Shown in pieces: positions 38,367 to 46,203 of a DNA stretch of 64,000 nt (within the stretch, counting starts at the first letter, position 1; each line of letters begins with the position of its first letter). A program made the position numbers and the translations under genes. The stretch is taken from assembly GCA_963826535.1 (NCBI GenBank), contig CAWGXL010000011.1, positions 256,809-320,808 of the forward strand. Direction: 5' to 3'. The notes under the pieces were generated by a model. That model was not told the origin of the DNA, did no database searches, and saw only the letters and a list, made by a program, of their open reading frames with translations. The stretch comes from an uncultured bacterium (lineage in GTDB: Bacteria > Patescibacteriota > Microgenomatia > Levybacterales > UBA12049).

Positions 38367-38942
38367 CTAATAATCACCACTTAATTCTCCGCAAGAAGTA
38401 TAATTTTTTATATTAGCTGTTGATTCATGTACATTGATGGCAAGAGGAGGTTGTTGTTCCAGCTCTTCTAAAGTAACGTCCAACGTTGTAACTGATTGCC
38501 CATTAACTACATTTGTTAAGGGATATTTTACTTCTCCAACTCCTGGACAATTGCCTGCGTGAATGTGTGCCGGCTGCGGATTATTTTGAAAGCCGGTTAA
38601 ATTAAGCGTTACTACTACTTTTCCATCCGTTTCTAAAAGTCGTGCTGTGCCTGATTCGCTAGAGTTATTTACCGCTTCAAGAGTTACGGTCATATCATGA
38701 GTCGTTTGTTGGGTAATTGATGGGATAGTTTGCTGCTGCGAAGTAGGTTGTGTATTTTGTTGCTCCGCTGTAGGTTGAACAGACGATGGAGTCGGATTAT
38801 ATGCATCTTTGTTCGCAAAAGCGAAATAGTAAATAACTCCATAGACTATTGCGGCAATAATGACATAAATTAAGATCCACTGCCAAAGAGGTCTTTTATT
38901 ATAAGCGTTGCTTTTCGGTTCTACTGTAGTTTCTTCCGCCAT
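38367..38942 (-). CDS. anchored protein with CHRD/Cu-Zn SOD-like domain
   Basis: TM helix, SGTA, QPAHIHAGNC, INVHES, SCG. Confidence 0.7.
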   Translation of the reverse strand: MAEETTVEPKSNAYNKRPLWQWILIYVIIAAIVYGVIYYFAFANKDAYNPTPSSVQPTAEQQNTQPTSQQQTIPSITQQTTHDMTVTLEAVNNSSESGTARLLETDGKVVVTLNLTGFQNNPQPAHIHAGNCPGVGEVKYPLTNVVNGQSVTTLDVTLEELEQQPPLAINVHESTANIKNYTSCGELSGDY

Positions 38943-39068
38943 TAACGCTATAATGCCAAAAATATATTGAGATGTCAAGAGGTTAATCTTGACGATAAAG
39001 CGCTTAAATAATTTTAGGTGGTTTTAAAGGAGGGGTTTTGATGTGATACAATCTTGGATAAATCCACT

Positions 39069-39548
39069 ATGAGCCATATTTATCAAATACTTGAAGATCT
39101 TAAAATTACATTTAAGAAACACGAGCATACGGCAGTTTTTACTGTTGCAGAGGGGCAAAAGTATGATAGAGGGATTGAGGAGGGCAAAAGCAAAAATATT
39201 TTTCTCAGAAATAAGAAGGGGGACAAACATTATTTAGTTATTGTGGAAAGCTCAAAAAGAGTTGATTTGAAAGCGCTTGCATCTAATCTCGATGAAAAGA
39301 GGATGAGCTTTGCAGCACCTGAACGCTTAATGGAGCTTCTGGGACTCACGCCGGGATCTGTTTCTCCTTTTGGACTTATCAATGACAAAAATAAATTGGT
39401 AAGTGTTGTGGTTGATGAAGGGCTGTTGAAATATAAACAAGTAGCGTTTCATCCAAATATTAATACTGCCACACTAATTATAAGTACAGTTGATTTTAAA
39501 AAATTTCTAGAGTGGACTAAAAACCGGGTAACTTATCTAAAATTATAA
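39069..39548 (+). CDS. YbaK/ProX-type aminoacyl-tRNA editing protein
   Basis: HTAVFTV, KNIFLR, LGLTPGSVSPFGL, FHPNINTAT. Confidence 0.9.
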   Translation: MSHIYQILEDLKITFKKHEHTAVFTVAEGQKYDRGIEEGKSKNIFLRNKKGDKHYLVIVESSKRVDLKALASNLDEKRMSFAAPERLMELLGLTPGSVSPFGLINDKNKLVSVVVDEGLLKYKQVAFHPNINTATLIISTVDFKKFLEWTKNRVTYLKL

Positions 39549-39550
39549 AG

Positions 39551-40258
39551 ATGAATGAAATGCTTATAAATCTTAAATCGGATGTGAGGAAGTTTGCTGA
39601 TCCTAAAAAAAAGCAAGTGCTTCAGAGATTTTTCAAAACGGGGCCCGGGCAATATGGTGAAGGAGACGAGTTTTTGGGTGTCACGGTGCCGCAGTCTAGG
39701 TCTGTCGCGATTGCGTATAAAGATTTGTCTTTTTCAGATATTAAAAAGCTATTGGCATCTCCGGTGCACGAAGAGCGGCTTATCGGGCTTCTGATACTGG
39801 TTCATAATTTCCAAAAAGGAGATTCTGATGTACGGCAAAAAATATATGGGTTTTACAAAACACATATGAAACACATAAATAATTGGGACCTGGTTGACTT
39901 GACTGCGGATAAAATTGTCGGACAGTATCTTCTGGATAATCCGAAGAATATGCCGATTCTGCAAAAGTTAGCTCGATCTAATAATATGTGGGAACGCCGG
40001 ATTGCGATGATCGCAACTTTTCAATTCATAAAAAATAATCAATTCGAGCCTGTCCTCCGAATAGCGACAATTTTGGTAAATGACAAACATGATTTGATTC
40101 AAAAGGCAGTTGGGTGGATGCTTCGCGAATTGGGCAAGCGGGATAAAAAAAAGCTAATTAACTTTCTCGAAAAATATAAACATACTATGCCGCGGGTAAT
40201 GTTCAGGTATGCGATAGAACATTTTTCGCCGGAAGAGAATGCGAGAATTAATAAATGA
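39551..40258 (+). CDS. AlkD-like DNA alkylation repair protein
   Basis: FFKTGPGQYGEGD, INNWDLVD, WERR, IQKAVGWMLRE. Confidence 0.9.
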   Translation: MNEMLINLKSDVRKFADPKKKQVLQRFFKTGPGQYGEGDEFLGVTVPQSRSVAIAYKDLSFSDIKKLLASPVHEERLIGLLILVHNFQKGDSDVRQKIYGFYKTHMKHINNWDLVDLTADKIVGQYLLDNPKNMPILQKLARSNNMWERRIAMIATFQFIKNNQFEPVLRIATILVNDKHDLIQKAVGWMLRELGKRDKKKLINFLEKYKHTMPRVMFRYAIEHFSPEENARINK

Positions 40259-40335
40259 GGTGTTTGGATAAAGGGAAGATTAACACGAACAGAAAGCCTT
40301 ATAAAAAAGACTTTCTGTCGAATTCCGGAGTACGT

Positions 40336-40974
40336 TTAGAGACCAAGATGGACTGAAAGAATACCATCTGATCCTCCAATTTCCGCTGAAACTGCCGGAA
40401 GAGATACTTTTATATCAGTCTGCGAATCTATTTTAGTTTCAGTAGATGCTTGCTGATTGATTTCTTCTGGCATTGGGCTAGTGCTCGGTTGTGTTGTTGG
40501 CGAAGGCGCAACTGTCGGAGTAGGCCCCGATTGAATCGGGGTAGACTGTGCTCCTATATTCGCCTGCGCCTGGGTGTTTGCGCCGGCATTAGTTTTGGAA
40601 CCTGTCTGAGCAGCAGGTTGAATTTCTGTTTGCCCCGATTCAGCCCCGATTTTATCGGGGGAACTCGGGGTTGGCGTTGGGCTAGAGCTTGGTTGTCCCG
40701 ACTGAGTCGGGATCGGGGTTGGCGTAACAGTAGGAATGGTTGAATCGTCCTCTGTTGTGCTACTAACCGCTGCTCCTAAACCGAAATTCGCATCCGCACT
40801 CACTGCTCCGAAAAGATTACTATCCAGCTGTGCGTTTGTTTGCGTTTGTGTGTTTGCGCGTACTGGAACATCGATTTTGTTATCGGATTTCAAAGCCGGA
40901 AAGTCAGTTTCTGCAGCTAATGCCATACCGGTGGTAAGGCCAAGAGTAAGTATGCCAATTACAAATTTTTGCAT
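40336..40974 (-). CDS. secreted low-complexity protein ending VHLGL
   Basis: Signal peptide (..ALA-AE), P/T/S/Q-rich, SD AGGAGGTG. Confidence 0.8.
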   Translation of the reverse strand: MQKFVIGILTLGLTTGMALAAETDFPALKSDNKIDVPVRANTQTQTNAQLDSNLFGAVSADANFGLGAAVSSTTEDDSTIPTVTPTPIPTQSGQPSSSPTPTPSSPDKIGAESGQTEIQPAAQTGSKTNAGANTQAQANIGAQSTPIQSGPTPTVAPSPTTQPSTSPMPEEINQQASTETKIDSQTDIKVSLPAVSAEIGGSDGILSVHLGL

Positions 40975-40990
40975 GATTAATCACCTCCTT

Positions 40991-41695
40991 TCATAATCCA
41001 AGATGTACGGGCGGCAAAGCCGGGTGCAAGACTGTACCCGGCAAAGGTATATTCACCTGAATATTCGGCAGCAAGGACGCGTTACCTGCGCCATTATTCA
41101 GTTCCTTGCTGCCTTCTAATGCGAGTGTGGGAGTTGGGGCGGGTGGAGATCCAATTGAGATGCCGACGTTAACCGGAAGTATAGGAGTAGCCACGGCTGC
41201 GTTGACTTGTGGTATTTGCACTTCTTGTTGCGTAGGTGATTGGGTGGGAGTAGGTGTTGATAAGGGAACTTGAGTGGGAGCTGCCGATATACCAGTATTT
41301 ATCGATTGGCTTGAAGCAGGAAGTGAGGGTGAGGGTTGTATTTGTTGGTCCTGTAAAGACTTTGAATCCACGTTCATGTTTATCGTTTTGGACTTTGGGT
41401 TAATTTCGGGCTCAGGCGGTTGAGAAATAAAATGAGTCTTTGCTTGTTCAACGATTTCTTTGATTGGATAGAGAAGATCGCCCGGATTACTTTGAGTTGA
41501 GGCGACGACGACACCCGCGCCTCCAAGAAGCAGGAGAGCTATGAGGACAATTGCCAAACGAATAACTGAAAAGAAAAAAACAGGAGAGTGATCAGATAGG
41601 GCAAGATCTCTCATACTAGCGCGGAACTCAGCACTTGGCTGAACCGAATGTAATGCTTTTATTCCCTGAATGATGTCTTGGTATTCGTTATTCAT
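40991..41695 (-). CDS. putative anti-sigma factor (DUF5667-like) ending VHLGL
   Basis: PSAEFR, TM helix, SNPGDLLYPIK; coupled to the ECF sigma gene. Confidence 0.75.
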   Translation of the reverse strand: MNNEYQDIIQGIKALHSVQPSAEFRASMRDLALSDHSPVFFFSVIRLAIVLIALLLLGGAGVVVASTQSNPGDLLYPIKEIVEQAKTHFISQPPEPEINPKSKTINMNVDSKSLQDQQIQPSPSLPASSQSINTGISAAPTQVPLSTPTPTQSPTQQEVQIPQVNAAVATPILPVNVGISIGSPPAPTPTLALEGSKELNNGAGNASLLPNIQVNIPLPGTVLHPALPPVHLGL

Positions 41696-42267
41696 TATTT
41701 TTTTAAAATTTTCCGGAGGCTTTGTAATCCCCGGTATTGCATTGCCCTGATTGCGTCAACGTGCTTATCCATGATATTTGCGATTTCCTGATTGGAAAAA
41801 CCCTCAATAAATTTCAAAGTAATGACTGTTTTTTGCTCATCGGTTAACGTCTCAAGCGCAATAACCACTTCTTGCATACTCCACTTGTGATCGATATGTT
41901 CTTCAACATCTGTTAAAGGTTCATCTATTAACTTTTCTTCTACAACGCGCATATGTATTTTTTGTGTTTTGTAATAATCAACAACTGTATTATGTGCGAT
42001 TCGGTAAAGCCAGGCGCGAAAATTACCTTTTTCAGTTGTGAAATTATCGATACTTTGCCAAGCTTTAAAGAAAACCGTTTGGGTCAAGTCTTCAGCTATT
42101 TCTCTCTTTTGGCTTACATGAAAGAAAATATAGCGATAGATCTTATCAAGATAGCTCAGGTATAACTTGCCAAATGCTTCTTTATCCCCCTTTTGTATTT
42201 TCTGTATCAACCGATGCTCGGAAAACTGCTCAAGTACTTGAATTTGTTTTTTTAAAAAACTGATCAT
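41695..42267 (-). CDS. ECF sigma-70 factor
   Basis: GDKEAFGKLY, AEDLTQTVF, FRAWLYRIAHN, EGFSNQEIA. Confidence 0.95.
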   Translation of the reverse strand: MISFLKKQIQVLEQFSEHRLIQKIQKGDKEAFGKLYLSYLDKIYRYIFFHVSQKREIAEDLTQTVFFKAWQSIDNFTTEKGNFRAWLYRIAHNTVVDYYKTQKIHMRVVEEKLIDEPLTDVEEHIDHKWSMQEVVIALETLTDEQKTVITLKFIEGFSNQEIANIMDKHVDAIRAMQYRGLQSLRKILKK

Positions 42268-42284
42268 CGTGCATGCCTTTCTAT

Positions 42285-42309
42285 AACGAATGAGTTACTG
42301 TTTTGTGAC
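42285..42309 (-). promoter_or_regulatory. candidate ECF-type autoregulatory promoter
   Basis: GTCACA...CGTT on the minus strand upstream of the sigma gene. Confidence 0.4.
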
Positions 42310-42315
42310 GCAAAT

Positions 42316-42344
42316 AAAAAAACCTGCCACATGTGGACAGGTTT
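42316..42344 (-). terminator. intrinsic terminator
   Basis: aaacctg-ccac-at-gtgg-a-caggttt with a U tract on the minus strand. Confidence 0.7.
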
Positions 42345-42374
42345 GAAATTATCAATTATGAAGAAATACGCTCT

Positions 42375-43193
42375 TTATTTTTTACCTTGGCGTTCAAAAA
42401 GCCAGGTTGCGAAGGGCATTGAGACAATAATAATTCCGATACACCAGATAAATGCCAGCCACCCGGAATCACCGAGAGGCGTACCGACTAACCAAGCGCG
42501 GATGGCATTAATAACGTGAGTAAGGGGCTGATTTTCCGCGAAAAGTCGCAATACATACGGCATAGTATGGGTTGGCACAAATGCACTTGAAATAAAAGTC
42601 AAGGGAAAGATCACGACAAAGCCTACCCACTGTGCTGCCTCAAGACTTTTAACAAAGAGGCCCATGATGGCTGATAACCAGGAAATGGCAAGGGTAAAAA
42701 GCAGCGAGAGAATTAAGACCAATAGCCATTCTATGGGCTCTGCATTTGGCCGGAAACCGACGAGAAAGCTAACGGCAAATACAATAATCGCTGACATTAT
42801 ATTACGTACTAAATCCGCCGTAACATGGCCTACCAAAAGTGCACTGCTTGACATGGGGAGCGAACGAAACCGGTCTACAATACCCTCTTTGAGATCAACT
42901 GCTAAATTTATAGTTGTGTAATTCGCGCCAAAAGCCAGAAGCTGCACCAAAATACCAGCGACTAAATAGTTAGTGTAACTTATATCACCTGTGTCTATAG
43001 CACCGCCAAAGACAAAGTTATTCAAAATGAGAAACATTATCGGAAAGAGGACGACATTCATGAGCTGATCAAGACTCCTAGTGATGTGTAAGATACTACG
43101 TTTTGTCATCACCCACGAATCACTTATTGTCCAAAAAAAACTGGAATGTTGCTCGGGTTGTGCAAGTGAAAAATTTGAATTATTTTTTTTCAT
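42375..43193 (-). CDS. ABC-2 permease (DrrB-like)
   Basis: GIVDRFRSLPM, FISSAFVP..TMP, ENQP. Confidence 0.88.
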   Translation of the reverse strand: MKKNNSNFSLAQPEQHSSFFWTISDSWVMTKRSILHITRSLDQLMNVVLFPIMFLILNNFVFGGAIDTGDISYTNYLVAGILVQLLAFGANYTTINLAVDLKEGIVDRFRSLPMSSSALLVGHVTADLVRNIMSAIIVFAVSFLVGFRPNAEPIEWLLVLILSLLFTLAISWLSAIMGLFVKSLEAAQWVGFVVIFPLTFISSAFVPTHTMPYVLRLFAENQPLTHVINAIRAWLVGTPLGDSGWLAFIWCIGIIIVSMPFATWLFERQGKK

Positions 43194-44175
43194 TATTTTT
43201 TTCCTTCCCCGCATGATCTTCATCATTTTCGCGGCTAGCTGCATGACCTGTTAGTTTAAGAAAGACGTCATCAAGTGTCGGACGATGCAGAGATACACTA
43301 TCAACTTGAATACGCGCATCCTCTAGACGCTGCAGCACAAGTTTGAGTTCCGATACTCCCCTTTTTATGGCAATGATTATTGTCCTGCGTTGCCCATCTT
43401 CATGCAAAACCTCACCGGTAATTGCTTTTTTTGCCTTTTCAAAATCGCTACTTTTTGCAATGGTCACTTCTAAACGATCAGCTCCGACACGAGCTTTAAG
43501 GGTATCAGCAGTTCCTTCAGCAATAACCTTGCCATTATCAATAACGACTATCCTATCAGCGAGGTGGTCAGCTTCATCCATATACTGAGTAGTCAAAAGA
43601 ATAGTTGTTCCGCTTGCCACAAGCTGCTTAATCATTTCCCACATCGTTAACCGGCTTCTCGGATCTAGCCCTGTTGTTGGCTCATCCAAAAAAATAATTG
43701 GCGGGGAAGCAATTAAACTCATGGCGAGATCAATTCTGCGTTTCATTCCGCCAGAGTATGTTTTCACCGGACGGCGGGAAGAATCAGTCAGATCAAATTG
43801 CTGCAAAAGTTCACGCGTCCGGCGCTTGGTATCCTCGAAGCTGTAACGATAAAGCCGCCCCATCATATGGAGATTCTCTTCACCTGTTAAATATTCATCA
43901 ACAGCAGCAAACTGACCGGTTAATCCAATACTACTTCGTACATGTTTAGATTCTTTTACTACATCATATCCGTTTATTAAAGCTTGACCGCTATCAGGAA
44001 TAAGGAGAGTACTCAAGATCCTAATTGTAGTAGTCTTACCGGCGCCATTTGGACCAAGGAGTGCTAAAATCGTACCGCGTTTGACAGTTAAGTCAATTCC
44101 ACGAAGCACTTTAAGGTTTTTAAAGGATTTCCGTAGGCCCTTAACTACAATGGCATTATCAGTAAATTTTTTCAT
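43180..44175 (-). CDS. ABC ATPase (DrrA-like)
   Basis: GPNGAGKTT, YSGGMKRR, LDEPTTGLDP, PTLDDVF. Confidence 0.92.
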   Translation of the reverse strand: MKKFTDNAIVVKGLRKSFKNLKVLRGIDLTVKRGTILALLGPNGAGKTTTIRILSTLLIPDSGQALINGYDVVKESKHVRSSIGLTGQFAAVDEYLTGEENLHMMGRLYRYSFEDTKRRTRELLQQFDLTDSSRRPVKTYSGGMKRRIDLAMSLIASPPIIFLDEPTTGLDPRSRLTMWEMIKQLVASGTTILLTTQYMDEADHLADRIVVIDNGKVIAEGTADTLKARVGADRLEVTIAKSSDFEKAKKAITGEVLHEDGQRRTIIIAIKRGVSELKLVLQRLEDARIQVDSVSLHRPTLDDVFLKLTGHAASRENDEDHAGKEKNNEKK

Positions 44176-44214
44176 AGACCCTATTATAGCAAATCAATTA
44201 ATTTAGTTCATCTC

Positions 44215-45307
44215 TGTATAAGTTACGAAACATTTTAGACATTTCGTAACTATGGATCATTACGCAAAAGCATACCCAATCTTTAGTAGAATCAAAGGCA
44301 TTGAGGAGGTGAAAGAGATGCTCAAAAGCCTTAAACGGTTCTCTAGGGATGAAGTCGCACAAGAACGATTACGCATCATTGAGTTTTATGACGAGTATGG
44401 AGAGCGTGCAACGAAAAAAGCTTTTCGAGTTGGAAGGAATACCCTTTGGGTTTGGAAGCAACGATTAAAAAACAATAAAAACAAACTATCGTCACTTATT
44501 CCTGATTCCACAACGCCTAAATCCAAAAGACAAATGCAAACTCATCCAAAAGTACTTTCATATATCCGTTACTTGCGGGAGAAACATCCCCGTCTGGGAA
44601 AGGAAAAGATAAAACCACTTTTAGATCAATATTGCAAGAAAGAAGAGCTAGTAGCAATAGGAGAATCAACTATCGGAAAGGTCATTAAAAGAAATAATTT
44701 CTATTTCCAAAAGAGTGGCAAGATCTATCATAATCCTTCACATAAATTTGCTAAGGCAAAAAGAAAGAAGCGGGACAGGATCAAGAAGCCGCCAAGACCG
44801 CAGTCTTTTGGCTATATTGAAATGGATACAGTCATTAAATTTGTTGATGGAATAAAAGTATATTTTTTAACAGCCATAGATGTGAAGCTTAAATTTGCAT
44901 TCAGCCTGCCCTATGGCAAACTCAATAGCCGTAATACTGTTGATTTCTTCAAGAAGCTCCATTCAGTATATCCAATAACAATTATCACTGTGCAAACAGA
45001 CAATGGCTTAGAGTTTCTTGGAGAATTTGAAGAATACCTTGAAAAACAAAATATACCACATGTTTTTATATATCCCAGATGCTGCAAAATCAACGGCACT
45101 ATTGAACGGTTCAATAGAACCATCCAAGAAGACTTTATTGATGAAAACTTACATATTATTGCAGACCGAAAACTATTCTCTTCCAAATTAATCGAATATT
45201 TGTTATTCTACAATACAGAGCGACCACATAAATCCTTGGGATTACAATCCCCATTGGGATATTTATTAAAACATGGAGGTATGTCTAAAAACTCCGTAAC
45301 TTATACA
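44215..45307 (+). mobile_element. IS481-family insertion sequence (1093 bp)
   Basis: IRL tgtataagttacgaaacattttagacat (44215-44242); IRR atgtctaaaaactccgtaacttataca (45281-45307); TGT...ACA ends; ATCTC duplicated at 44210-44214 and 45308-45312. Confidence 0.92.
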
Positions 45308-45331
45308 ATCTCTTGCATTTTAAAAAAATAA
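44252..45331 (+). CDS. DDE transposase (rve integrase core)
   Basis: IEMDT, QTDNGLEF, NGTIERFNRT, YNTERPHKSLG. Confidence 0.95.
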   Translation: MDHYAKAYPIFSRIKGIEEVKEMLKSLKRFSRDEVAQERLRIIEFYDEYGERATKKAFRVGRNTLWVWKQRLKNNKNKLSSLIPDSTTPKSKRQMQTHPKVLSYIRYLREKHPRLGKEKIKPLLDQYCKKEELVAIGESTIGKVIKRNNFYFQKSGKIYHNPSHKFAKAKRKKRDRIKKPPRPQSFGYIEMDTVIKFVDGIKVYFLTAIDVKLKFAFSLPYGKLNSRNTVDFFKKLHSVYPITIITVQTDNGLEFLGEFEEYLEKQNIPHVFIYPRCCKINGTIERFNRTIQEDFIDENLHIIADRKLFSSKLIEYLLFYNTERPHKSLGLQSPLGYLLKHGGMSKNSVTYTISCILKK

Positions 45332-45358
45332 TGCTAGAATAAATATAATAATATCTTT

Positions 45359-46018
45359 ATGTCTGCCGTGAAGATTTTAATAATACTCGTAGCACTACTT
45401 TTTTCTTTCCTCGTTTTGCCAGGAGATGCGCAAGCTATAACGCACAATCTGTTCAGATACAACTCCAGCAATAATGTAAACACTTCTTTTTTCCGCAGTT
45501 GTCCAAATCCGGGAGGTACACAGGTTGCTTATTATGCGCAAGGCTGGCATTGGATAGTTGGCGAGGCAAATCTCAAATGGGGATCTGACAGTGTCAATCA
45601 TATAGGCACCGGTAATTATGTGCAATGCTTTTGTCCTCTGAAACAAGATAGTATTTCCCTTTCCAGCTCTCAAGGCATACAAACCAACTGGCTAAAAGTG
45701 AGTAATATTACGCATGAACAAAAAAGCCTGCTTTTATCTCAAGGTTGGATTCTTGTGCAAAACGGCGCTGATTTTGGTCTCGCTTCCGAGCCGTATCTAG
45801 CAAAAAATTCTCAATTTTTCTGCAGCGGACCAAGTTGCCTGAAACAAATAACTCAGACTAATTCAGCAACAATAACAAATATTATTAAAGTTTCAGCTAA
45901 TACAGGAAATAATAATGCAAGTCAAAATACCGGCGGTTCTACTACTATAGTAACAGGAAGCGCTGCTGCGCAGGTAACTGTCGTCAACAAAGTCAACTTC
46001 AACTCTGTATCTAATTAA
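45359..46018 (+). CDS. secreted protein with Cys domain and ANTGNNNAS motif
   Basis: Signal peptide, SCPNP, QCFCP, TNWL. Confidence 0.8.
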   Translation: MSAVKILIILVALLFSFLVLPGDAQAITHNLFRYNSSNNVNTSFFRSCPNPGGTQVAYYAQGWHWIVGEANLKWGSDSVNHIGTGNYVQCFCPLKQDSISLSSSQGIQTNWLKVSNITHEQKSLLLSQGWILVQNGADFGLASEPYLAKNSQFFCSGPSCLKQITQTNSATITNIIKVSANTGNNNASQNTGGSTTIVTGSAAAQVTVVNKVNFNSVSN

Positions 46019-46203
46019 AACTCCGGTAAAAATAAACTCACAGTCTACTCATCTATCTAGAAATGGATTGGTTCTTATTTAATCCTAAGGAAGAGTTTGG
46101 ATAGAGAGCCTTCTATTGTTTCACGAAACAAAATGCTCGGGAAAGATAGGGGAAAGGATGCACTTTTTATTTTACCTTACCGCTTAAAGATGAGTAGGTG
46201 CGA

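Noticed and set aside
26277-40258. Integron cassette array
   Set aside because: No tyrosine integrase and no recurring attC-like spacers; many genes carry their own promoters
46045-46197. 10-bp inverted repeat (ctactcatct / agatgagtag) spanning the intergenic region, possible MITE
   Set aside because: Single occurrence, no target duplication seen; could be chance
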